From contig OZ260665.1 in assembly GCA_965285935.1 (NCBI GenBank), positions 63,922,001 to 63,986,000 of the forward strand: a stretch of 64,000 bases of DNA. Direction: 5' to 3'. The notes under the pieces are model-generated. The model was not told where the DNA came from, searched no databases, and saw only the letters and a program-made list of their open reading frames with translations. Within the stretch, counting starts at the first letter, position 1. Each line of letters opens with the position of its first letter. Shown here one piece after another: positions 11,201 through 23,200 of the stretch. This stretch comes from Ophelia neglecta (Eukaryota). The position numbers and the translations under genes were made by a program.

Positions 11201-14200
11201 TGGTAGATCAGGGTTCAAATCTTGATCTTGTCAAGCCCAAGAGGCAAATATAGGTCCCCATAGCTCCCCTGCCAGGCGCCGGTTGTTTTGGGGGTAGTAT
11301 CAGACTATCAGGACTGGTCAACCCGGTGTCAGTATAACGTGACTGGGTGGGGTTCCCTGTCTGCTGTCTACGGCAGGTACTCCAGTGAGGCTGCACTGTA
11401 AAGAGGGCATTGAGCCCACTGTCACAAGTAGGCACCGTGGTGATATGACCATATAAGTGTTGAAAGCTATGTAAAACCCCAAACAACCAACCAATCTGAC
11501 ATAACTTAAGTTATTGACATATTGTTTTTATGAAAAACTTTGTCAACTGTTTTGTGTATATTATTTTAGCCAATCTCTGGGATTTGTTGGCTCCAGGTAA
11601 ATTGAATACAATTTAAGGATGAAAATTTTTGCCTTTTTTACTATAAAATATATGTCGTGATATAATGGCAACAGTGATATTAAAGTGACCTTGGCTTATA
11701 AAAATGAAATGCTAAATATACCAAATTCATTGGGATCCTGGTTCAAGACAATATTTTTGCATAATTAAATCAATTTCTAGTTATATTGAAACCAGTGTTT
11801 AAGACTATATAACTCCCTATCACAGTATTTTTGTTCATTTACCATACTCTACCTCAATACGTATTACATTCCCTATACCCTAGAACAGAAATAAAGCACT
11901 ATCATTTTTGACAAATATTTTAATCAGTTCACAACCCCTTATCGTAATTGAAGAAATAATTGATACCTAAAATTCTTAATGCTCAGCATAGTACGGTGAT
12001 TTTGCATGCTATGACAATCTTTACCCCATCCTTGAATGATCAATGTCTGCTATAAGAAGATACAATTACCCATATTAGATCAGGTTGCTAAAGGTGTTTG
12101 AGCTCAGCGAACCATGTTGGCTAACATTGAATGCACATGTACTCTGTCTGTCAACTCTTCAGTCTATCCATCCTTCTAGATTTTATCCACATAGCCATAA
12201 CTGGTAAACATTAATCCTCACCTACGCCTGCATAATTCATCTAACTCTCTCTGATTTCTGATAATTAGGTCACTCTCATATATATATATATTTGACAGTT
12301 TCCCAGTTCTGGGTAGATAGAAACATAAACAATATTCTTCTCTAAATTTTTCATAGTCCTCTTATTCTTATATTGCACCACAATCACTATTTAACAGCTA
12401 AAAAAATACAATGAAACTAAGGTTTGACAGTTATGCTGTCATTGTAAACATCCATCACAGACTTCGGCTTCATCAAGCTATCTATACTGCTGAAATTGTG
12501 AGAGCTAATAAATGAAATCCACAACTTTAAGAATCTACTGGTGACCTTGAATTTGACCTTGAACTCTTTTTCAAGAAAATTTATTTTTGATAATTTCAGG
12601 TTGCTTAATGGTACAAGACAGACTTGCAAGGTGTATTTACCAGTAATAATTGCAATGAAATTGTTTGTATGAAATCTATACTTGGTTTTTAATCTTTGTC
12701 AATGTCTGCTTGACAAATTAATAAATCAATGCATACTGCAGGATATAGAGGATAAGATAGGCTTAAGAATTATATTGGGCACTTTCATGAAACATATACA
12801 AAGAGCTTACTGGTGAACTGAAATTAATTTGACCTCTATCAAGGTCAAGTTAAGAAAATAGGGTTTTCAACTGCCTCTGGTGGCTTTATGTTACAAGAGA
12901 GACATATCAAATGTACTGGCCATGATGTATACATGTGCACAGTATGACAGGAATGTACTGGTGTCCCTTACTGGTGTCTCTGAATAAGAACTTAACACTT
13001 TTTCTAGGTCATATACTTGCATGTATTGTTCAATTAGTGTTATTATATAAATAAACAAGGAGAAATATGAAGTGTAAATGAACTATTACTTCTTTGCATA
13101 CAATATATTTTACATTTTCCCCAAATCCTTTATATTTATTTGGTTATAGCTTGTCTTTCCCATTAACTTTTGTCCTTAGACATATGCAGTAAATTTATAA
13201 AATCAAGTTTCAGAAATTGGCCGACTTCCTGGAAATTAGATTTAAACTTGTTTTATTGGTTAATCAGAAAAAATCCTGTTTTAGTCATTAAATTTTATGC
13301 AATATGAAATCAAATTTTGCAACTTGGTCAAAAACGTCATCAATATTAGCTAATCACTATACAATGTTCAGACCCACACAGTATGGGCTTTGAAATATTT
13401 TCATGTTTTAGTGGATTCTCTCAAACTGCATAATTGAAGGCTGGCAAAATTTTATCACAAAAATATGCAATTATGAGAAAAATTACTTCAAACGCATGTA
13501 TATTCTAACATATATTCCAATTGAAGAAAATCACGCAACAGGTTGATATTTACCTTTTACAAAAAATTCACCTATCTTAGTTATGACAAAATTCTGGACT
13601 ATCTAATCCTATATAATCTTCCTATGTATGCCTTTCGTATGGCAGGAATGGATACTGGAAACCAATTTTATTAGTAATGAAAAAAATCTTTTCAGACCCA
13701 ACCCAACAGTATATGCAGCAATTAGCAGCACAGCAGATAGTACAGCAGCAGCAACAGCAGCAGCAGGCTGTTCAGCTATTTGCACAACAGCAGGCTGCTC
13801 AACAATTGGCACAACAGCAGGCTGCTGCTCAACAATTGGCACAACAACAGGCTGCTGTGCAGCAAGCGGCTCAGCAACAGGCTGTTGTGCAGCAAGCGGC
13901 TCAGCAACAGGCTGCTGTGCAGCAAGCGGCTATGCAGCAAGTGGCTCAGCAACAGGCTGCTCAACAACTAGTTCAGCAGCAGAACCAGAGACTGGCTGCT
14001 CAGCAGTTGGCTTCACAGCAACAAGCCCTGGTTTCTCAGCAGGTGGCAGGTCAGAATCTGCTGGTAAGTCAGTGTATTGGGACTACATGTTGAATATATT
14101 ATAATTTAACTAAACCAAAATGAATTAAAGAATTCAAACAAACTTCAGAATACATGTATATACTGTTGATCTTAATTGAACATCATTTAAAATTTGGCAC

Positions 14201-17200
14201 AAAAATCATCCATTTCAGAGCCCACAACCACAGGCAGACAGTTCTGTGATTTTGAAAAAACAACTGGAGGAAAGGACCTTACAAAACAAAATTCTCCAGA
14301 TGGAGTTAGAATCCAAGCGGATAAAGCTGGAGATGGATTCTGTAGGACAGCAGTCTAAACCTCCACAGGCCCAGCAACCTGCAGCAAAGGGGGCGGCCCC
14401 ACAGCCAGCAGTCCTCAACTTCACCTTGCCAAAAAATGCCAATGTGGTAACCTCTCCTACCAAACCCCTATCACCACCTGTTGCACCCAAACCATCCGTC
14501 CCCAGCCAGTCTCCCCAGTACAAGATGTCGGCTGAGGGAGAAATTGATGAATCTGTACCAAGTGGTGTGAAAACTTTGGCCAAAGCGTTTGAGAAAAAAA
14601 TGCCATTCCTAACTGGCCAGACAAGACCACCCCCATCAACAAGACCACCACAGCCCATAAGACCAACCCCATCTGTTGTCGTCCCAGATCATGCCAGCAA
14701 CAAGGTTACATTCTCTGAGAGTGTACAGACCTTGCCTGAGGTTAGGGAAACAGGCACATCCCCCCCATCCCCTCCCCCTCCTGCCATCCCGGTGCCTTCA
14801 CCCCCTCCTCCTCCGACGATCAAGTCACAACCTAGTTCTAATGCAGTGTTATCACAGCCTGCCCCTCAGGCCCTGCCTAAGACTCCACCCCCAACCCTGC
14901 CTAAATCCCAAACTAGGTCACCAGTAGTGGTACCGCAGCTGGCTCCTCAGGCCCCACCCCAGTCACCATCACATGCCCCACCCCAGGCTCCACCCCCTCC
15001 CCCACATGAGGTCTCTACGCCACCCACAAAGCCTCCAAGTGCTCCTCCACCGCCTCCCATTCAACCATCAGCAATACATGAAGGTCCACCTGGGCCAATC
15101 CACTTGACTGACAAATCTGGCCGTGCCAGAGTTGTCAAAGTTGGGAAGATACAATGGCCACCACCACAGGAGGAATCCCATAAGGATGCACCTAAAGTTG
15201 GACGTCTGGAAATTTCAGAAAAGGTTTCTGATTCCATAAAACAGTCAAGAGTCAAGCGAACCCCATCTGATTTGAAGAGGCATTTCACCAAGGTATTGCA
15301 TCATCTATTTATAATACCCATATCAATTTCATCTAATATTTGTAGGCTATAAATGTAATTATTTCCGCGAAATGCAGATATTATGTTTTCAGTAGCGCCG
15401 CCGCCGCAGATTTTAGTCGTTAACGCGATAACTCAAAAACCATTTCGTACATCTTTTTCAAATTCAATACAGCCATAGACCTTATTGAGAGGAGGAACTG
15501 ATTAGATTCTGGTGAAAATCCAATAATTATTAATTAGTTAAAACAATTAATTAATTACGTCAGAAACGCATTTTCTGCAATAACACAAAAATATTTGATA
15601 CATCTTTTTCTAATTTGACACAGCCATAGACCTTATTGAGAGGAAGACCTGTATTTCTTCTGGTGAAATTCTGATAATTATTAATTAGTTAAAAAAATTA
15701 ATTAATTATGTCAAAAACACTTTTTCTATCAGATATTCCAAAGTATAGATGATATTGGCTTGAAGTTTTGTGTCATGATTCATGTAATAACTATATACAA
15801 TCTGTGTAATAAGTTAACTAGTTAACTTTATTAATGACCTGAAAAAAAATTAGTTTTGCATTATTATTGAGGTCATATGACACCTACTTTAAGAATGACC
15901 TGCATTATTATTGAGGTCAAATAGAACCTACTACAATCTGTGTAATAAGTTAACTAGTACTGTGTAATAAGTTAACTAGTCTAACTTTATTAATGACCTG
16001 AACAAAAATTAGTTAAGGTCGTTATCTTTTGTGCCAACTAAAAACTACCATATTCACTACCTCGCCTTATGCCATGTTCCCCATTCGATTATTGCACGCA
16101 TTCGCGGATATACCCCTTGCTGTCGCCCCCCCGACAGCGTTGGCCTAGTTTCTGTTTTGTTTTAAGACAATCGCAAGATCAAAATATGAATTCAGGCATA
16201 AAGCATAAGAATTATACTTTTTAGAAAGCTGATACAATCCGTCAAGAAGCTGGGTATGGTGAGTTGGACATGAAGACAAAGAGTAAATCCATTGAGGCCA
16301 AGTTGAAAAAAAGCTGGGGCCTTGACCCAGATGAATTAAGGGAGGAGCATAAACCAGAGCCTGTGAAGGCTCCTGAGCTGGTAAAGCCTGCCAAAGGTAA
16401 GCGAGACACACTGATGCCCCCGCCGCCTATGCCAAACACAAAGCCAAGTACCAGCGAGCTTTCCCCTTCACCGCCACCGCACAAGCCTGCCAAGGAGCTG
16501 CCAAAACCACCGAAAGGTAAGGGACCCTGAGCTTTTTTATAGGGAAGGTAAGACAAGTGTTCGAAGTCAACATTGCCTGACACACCATTTATCTATACAA
16601 TGAAGATATAGGTTTCTGGCTAAGAACATTAGTCTTGTATTCCCTTATGATGCAGTACAGACTCCAAGGCAGCTCAGAAGCTGTCCGTTACATAAGGCAT
16701 TCAGACCTACATGTACATGTATGTTACCTAGTGTAATTCCATTCTTTAAAGTTTTCTTTTTGTTTTTTAAGAAATGCCCATGTATCATACAGCAAACAAA
16801 TGCATGCAAAATTTCCTTTTAGTTAAGTTTTCACATAAATATAACCCGAAAGAGGACTGCTGTGCAAAGGATAAAAGTAATTCGATGCCTCCACATACAA
16901 CCAGTGATCACTGCACGTTATTAATTTTTGTCATAATAATTTGTGAGACTGCATAAGGAGAATGTGTAATATATATTCATACCTGTCCCTCTGTAATGAG
17001 GCATTTTAGCATTCTATGAATAATAATTAATGGATTAACATGTAACACTGAGCATGATATATTAGATTTTGATATTTAACTGCATGTTGAAAGCAAATTC
17101 TATTTATACAGTGTATGTACAACAAAACAGCCAAATATTATGAAGACAGCCACTCTTTGTAAATATAATGAGGCATTGAATTATCATTGGTATAGTAAAT

Positions 17201-20200
17201 ATAACTAAATATAATTTTTTTAAAGTATGACAAATAGATATAAACACAATGTTTAGGGCTATGTTTTTCATGAAGTGAGTACTGGGGTTAAACCATTACT
17301 TACTTTCATGTATTCCTTTATCATATGTGTAAAAACTTTGAACGAAAGCATTTGTACATGTTGTTTATGTTAAATTTTTTACATCCAAATCTGTCTCCTT
17401 ATTGCATTCGTTCCTATTAATAAGTAGTGTATTGTAGTGTACCCCCCCCCCCCCTCCCATTTCTACTTTTCCTAAGGTAGCTATTGCTTTTTATGCAGAG
17501 TTAGCGCCCCAGACTGTAGTGGACACCATACCAGACCTGAGGTCCCTGGAGAAGGTCCAGACTGTGTTGTATGCCCAGAGCACTGGGCCCTTCCTCACCT
17601 ACACCACAGTACCATGGACACTGGAAGTCCGCAAAGAGGTGCATGTTTGTAATGTTTATACTAGATTTAACAGGGGTTCCCAAAGATCTGTTCTGATGAA
17701 TTTCTGTTCTGATGCCGCCTTCAGCTGGCTGGCAAAATAACCTCATAGGAACTGAGCATATAAACTTCTTTGCTAGCTACCATCAAACCATCTTCTATAT
17801 AAACATATATGTTGTATACACCTTTGTACTGACCCAATGTACTGTATATGGTTCTTAAGGAGCCATAAAAGATGCTGCTGGATGTTCTTAGATATGCTAG
17901 GTGGCTGGTAAAAATGAAAACAGATATTTTCATATACCAAAGTTGTTTAAAAAATCTTCTACAAGTGTTACTTTGCAGATTTTACTTTTCTTCGTATTTT
18001 TGACCAAAGTTGACCTTGGCGGTTGTTGGGGGCCCCTGATTTCAGGGTACAGAATAATATATACGTAAGATGGAAATTCTTCCAGCAATTAAGACCTCAT
18101 TCTCTCTAGCTGCAGAGTGTAAATGTTGTGCTTAAGAAACAGAAATATCCCGAGCAATATTAAAACTGATTTTAATTATGTTTACAAATAGCTATGTACT
18201 GATCTAGTGTTGTTTTTATGCAGTTGTTCACTCCATCAGAGACATTGGAAAATCCCATGTTAGTAGACCTGGTGTTTGGTCAGATTGTGATGGACACCTT
18301 CTCTAATGCCTGTATCAGAATACAGAAAGTTGACAAGGTCAAGATGAGAGGAATGATGGGTAGGGATACACACAAGTCCATCTTCTATCAACTATTAGTT
18401 ATCTTAAATTCCATTCAAAGTCCTCCCCTACATCCCCACTCGTTCAAAAACATACAAGTAATTACACTTAACATGGAGTTAAGAAAAGTATAAATACCAA
18501 TTATTTAAGTTGACTATTCCCCATGAATTATATAAAATAAGAGGTACATTGATAAGTAAAGATAGTTCTCTTTTCAGAGAGCACTGGAGTAAATATGAAC
18601 ACCATACTAGATGACCATCCTGTGAAGTTGAAAAGAGACATCATAGACACTGCCTTGGAGTGGCCTTTTTACTTCAGCAGAATGTTTCCTGTCAATGTGA
18701 GTGGTGCTTATTTTCCTCAGACAAGCTTTTCTGCCTTTCCCTCTTCATGATAAGTTTAGTCTCAATATATTCTTGCCTCTAGGTTTTTGGGAGGATTTCT
18801 TTGTCTTATAATCTAATAAGCACTCCTTGAGCTCTCTTTTTTTATTTTTGATATTTATCAAGTGTAAGTTGCTTTTAGCTGTTCCATTTCTACAAGGACT
18901 GATAAATATTGCTTGGGTAACACCTTTCATTTAAAACCATAACTTGATATGAATTTAAGTTCCATCATGGAGTATTGGGTTTTCAGAAAGACTATAGATT
19001 TACATGATTGGTTGAAAATATAATGTCCTTGTAGGAATTAATTTCCTAGCCTTTGTCTACTTATATTTAAGTAGCTTTCAGTATTTGCACCAAATTCTTC
19101 TATATATCAGACTGATTAAGGTCAGCATTAAAGGGCTTATGTGTACTGCTAATTAGATATCATAAAAATGATCTCTGATAACTTGTTTATGATAGTTTTA
19201 TGGTAACACTACCTTACATGTTTGTGTATGTATGATACATAATTTTGCAAATGTACATTATCTTTATCCAACTAAAAGAAGAATCTCAATAAGGTAGTAT
19301 TTTCTTTTCTTTGGTCATGTATAGGAGTGTGTCAAGTGTGTTTTTTTCAGTGAATTTTTATCCAAGAGCCATATTTCAAGGATGACATTTCCAAAATGAA
19401 CTTTTTTGCCACCAATGTATATTTCATTCACACTGTTTATCTTATGATTATCCTTGCATGCCTACTGGGTTGAACGTTTTACTTATGAAATGTTGTTCAA
19501 CAAAGCTGTCACTATAAAAGTCTGTCTGTCTGTGGCTGCATACTTATGGTTATACCCATTTTAAACATTAAAATTATTTATTGTTTTTATAAATGGCATA
19601 GATTCAATTTCATCATTTGAGTAGTCTTTAAAATATCAAGTAAATGTACAACCAGCTATGTTTTCATTACTTGCAAGTTTATGTTTATAAATATAAAATT
19701 GTGATTGACTATTGCTGTAAATGCTTAGGGTGGACGAACTCATCCTAAAGTGCACATGGTTAGTGTAGGACATTCTGGTGTAAGGCTTCTGTCCCGAGAA
19801 AGAGATTTGGTTGAAGACAGTCTAAAGGTGCTTGAAACATTCAAGTAAGTTGAAACTAAGCTTTTACACAGGCCTTCTGGATCTGCCTTGGAAATCGTTA
19901 AGCAGGTCTCACTGCAATGACTTAGTAGGAATCTAGTAGGATTCACATCCCCAAAGTTTAAACTTTCCTATAAAAATGCGAAATACAGTGTTAAAAGTGC
20001 ATAGCCATTATAAAAATCAAGTCAATTCCATTTAGATTAAGTTGTATGGCAAAAACTTTCTTCTTTTGTATGATCTTCATATGTAAAACTGTTAGTAAAT
20101 TGATATCCTGCTATATACAATGTAATCTTTATTCTAAGAAAAAATGAAAATCCCAGATTTCTTCCTGTAGGTAAATATAATTACATGAAGTTTATGAAAA

Positions 20201-23200
20201 GTTTATGTCCTTGTCTTCAGATATGAAGAAATCAAAGATGTGAGTGTGCCAAGGCCTTTCACTGTACAGATTCACTCGGTAGATGAGAAATACACAATCC
20301 TCTACTCCTACAGGGTCAGTCTCAACTCATAGCATGTAAAATGAGATCAGACTAGTGGTTTTCATTAAACATCTACATGTTATTAAAGTGTTGTTTATTG
20401 TTCACCTTCCTTAAAAGTATTGTTATAGGTTTAAAGTAATATCTTAGATCATTGTCTTTTTTTCAGGCAGAGCAACTGAGGAGTTTGATTGAAGCCTTTT
20501 GCATTGAATGTGAAATGGTAAGTTATTACTGAAGTTAGAAATTATATATAAAAGATACATAACAAAGTTCAATGTTGGTTTATATTTCAATATTAGTGTA
20601 TGAATTTGTGTGTGAATTAATGTATAATATGATTGTAATGTCAATTAAAACCTATCACAGAAGAAATAAATCTGAAAAAAGTTGGATACTTGAGATATTC
20701 ACACATTAAGTGTGATTGCCTTAGTGAAAGTGGCATCTTTTTTCCCTTATTACACCCTGCCTGCCACATTGTTCAGGAAAAAAACACAACGGATGAGAAT
20801 TGTGTAGTGTTTCCTGCTTATTACATTCAAGTGTTTTTTACTTCTTGTGTGATACCTTTCAGAATGTAAGATACGTGAGAGCTATCAAAAGATACAACAC
20901 CCACGAGCCAACTCTCTTGAGTTTTGACAAGGGGGACATTATCAAACTCACCAACAAGAACATGACCATCGACAGAGGTGGGCAGGCCCAATTTATAATA
21001 TAATTATTATCATATGATATAAAAAAAGGAAATATATGGTTGGTTTATCTGGTAATAACCTTGAACAATCTGCTTTCAGCATGTTTTACTATGAAACATT
21101 ATATAAACACTGCACTGATTTATGATTGCAGAGAATAAATAAACTTATTGGTGTATTCATTGGGTCCTGCTGCTCTTGATTATTATTTATCTGATAGTTT
21201 ATTTTTGAGATGTGATATTTTTGTTTTGTTTCCAGGATGGCTGTATGGGTCAGTGCACGGTAGAACTGGACTTTTCCCAGAGGATTACATCAAACCTGTA
21301 CCCCTACATGAACTTACAGCCTTGCATTTACTGGTGAGATATAGAGTATTTGCTTGATAAAGATAGAATTGCATATCTATATTTTTTTCAGTATTATTGC
21401 AGTTTATTGCCATGGTGTGACATATTACTACATAAATATATTACTGCATCATAATAGTTTAGTGTGTATACATGTTAAATTTCCTGTACTCCATACTTCC
21501 TTGTATATAATTGTAAACATCTAAATGCTTGAAGTATTAAAAAAAGTCAAGAGAATGGAATTTTTACAAATAAGAAGGAAGTATGATAATTTCTAATGGA
21601 GTGTTTTCTTACTGCCATTATTATAGTCCAACAGCCGTGGTAATTTGATTGCTTAAGGATAATTTTAATGCATGAAGATTTTATATCTTTTAATAAGGCT
21701 AAAAAAACAGTTTTAACTCCATATAGTTACTGGGTGTAGATTATTAACTGTGCCAGGAAAATTTAGAGTTGTATATTAGCATCAGAAACATGTGTGGCAT
21801 GAAGTATCAGTAACACTGTCGTGTGTATTTGATTGGTTTGGCTCATTATTGATTGTTGGAAGTCAATCTATATTGCTTTAAAGTAATCTGGAATATGTTA
21901 AGAAAATCTGATTACAATAATCAGTAGTCTGATTACAGAAGTTATGTATAATCTTTTAATATAAACATTACTAGTACTTGCATGTTAATTCAGTTCAAGT
22001 TTGTTTGGAAATTCACTATTTTGCTGCCGAAATTACCAGATAATTGGTTTCACCAATAAAACTGTTTGGTATGTGTGCTTAATCTATTGTGATTACATGT
22101 GGAGGCATCTAATTCACTGTACAAATAACACAATGGGGAAAAATCAATTTGTGCAAACATACCAAGCAAGTTGTCTCATTGTTATATAGAACAGGTCCAG
22201 CGTGTTAAAGTCAACGACTTAAACATTATTTGTTCCCATAGCTATATTTTAATAAACAGGGATTTACATGTGGAGCAACTTTGGCCATACAACTTAATCT
22301 TAATGGAATTGACTTGATTACTAAGTCATGTGAATGAGAAAGTATCTACAGGCCTCAAGATAGTAAGTCATGGACACGAGATAGCATAGCGGGGCCACAA
22401 GATAGTAAGTAATGGGAATGAGATAGCATCTCAGGGCCAAGGGATAGTAAGTCATGGGAACAAGGTAGTATCTAGGGGCCACAAGATAGTAAGTCATGCG
22501 AATGAGATAGCATCCCAGGGCCAAGGGAAAGTAAGTCATGGGAACAAGGTAGTATCTAGGGGCCACAAGATAGTGAGTCGTGGGAATGAGATAGCATCTC
22601 GGGGCCACGAGATAGTAAGTTGTGGGGATGAGATCGGGCCACGAGATGGTAAGCCATGGAACATGTAGTATTTCGTTAAAATAAGATAGCATCTGAAGGC
22701 CACAAGACAGTAAGTTATGGGAATAAGATAGCATCTCAGGGCCACGAGATATTAAGTTGTGTGCAAGAGATATCAGGGAACGAGTTAAAAGAAAGAAATT
22801 CTGACTTCCCTTAGGGCTTAGGCCAGGGGATTATTTTAGGCCCAACCAATTAAAATCATCACAATACATGTATAACATTTCAAGTTCACAAGAATAGCAA
22901 GAATCATATTTTGACATGAAGCATTGCATGTTATTTGCATGGTTTACTGGCAATATAATGATACTGTAAACTTAAGCTGAATGAAAACAACATTATATGT
23001 TGTTTTGGTAATCTGAAAGAAAGTTAGTCTCCATTTGAATCTCTTTCTCATAAATGTTACATAGGAAATAAAATGTCAAGCATAGAGAACATTGTATATA
23101 ATAGATGCATCGCATACATAGCAGCATGTGCATGTACATGTATATTGAACCTTGCCATTTCTCACAATTGAGGTTCTAAATTAGTCATGTGTGGCCTTTT

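Noticed and set aside
11167-11245. tRNA gene
   Set aside because: The A/B boxes belong to a SINE head. It does not form a full cloverleaf and continues into the SINE body.
12299-12610. Possible microexons at 12299-12312 and 12600-12610
   Set aside because: Lengths of 14 and 11 nt do not preserve phase 1 alone or together, and the donors are weak.
13609-14104. Overlapping ORFs in other frames and on the other strand (Cys/Ala/Thr-rich, Leu/Ser-rich)
   Set aside because: These are shadow frames of the CAG/GCT-rich Gln/Ala exon. Only the Q/A frame fits the splice phases.
22190-22194. 5-nt microexon (AACAG) that would restore frame with the 13-nt candidate
   Set aside because: The donor GTCCAG is poor, and the site cannot be distinguished from chance.
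22321-22745. Repetitive Tyr/Leu-rich ORFs on the - strand
   Set aside because: By-products of the 40-bp tandem repeat, with no splice or homology support.
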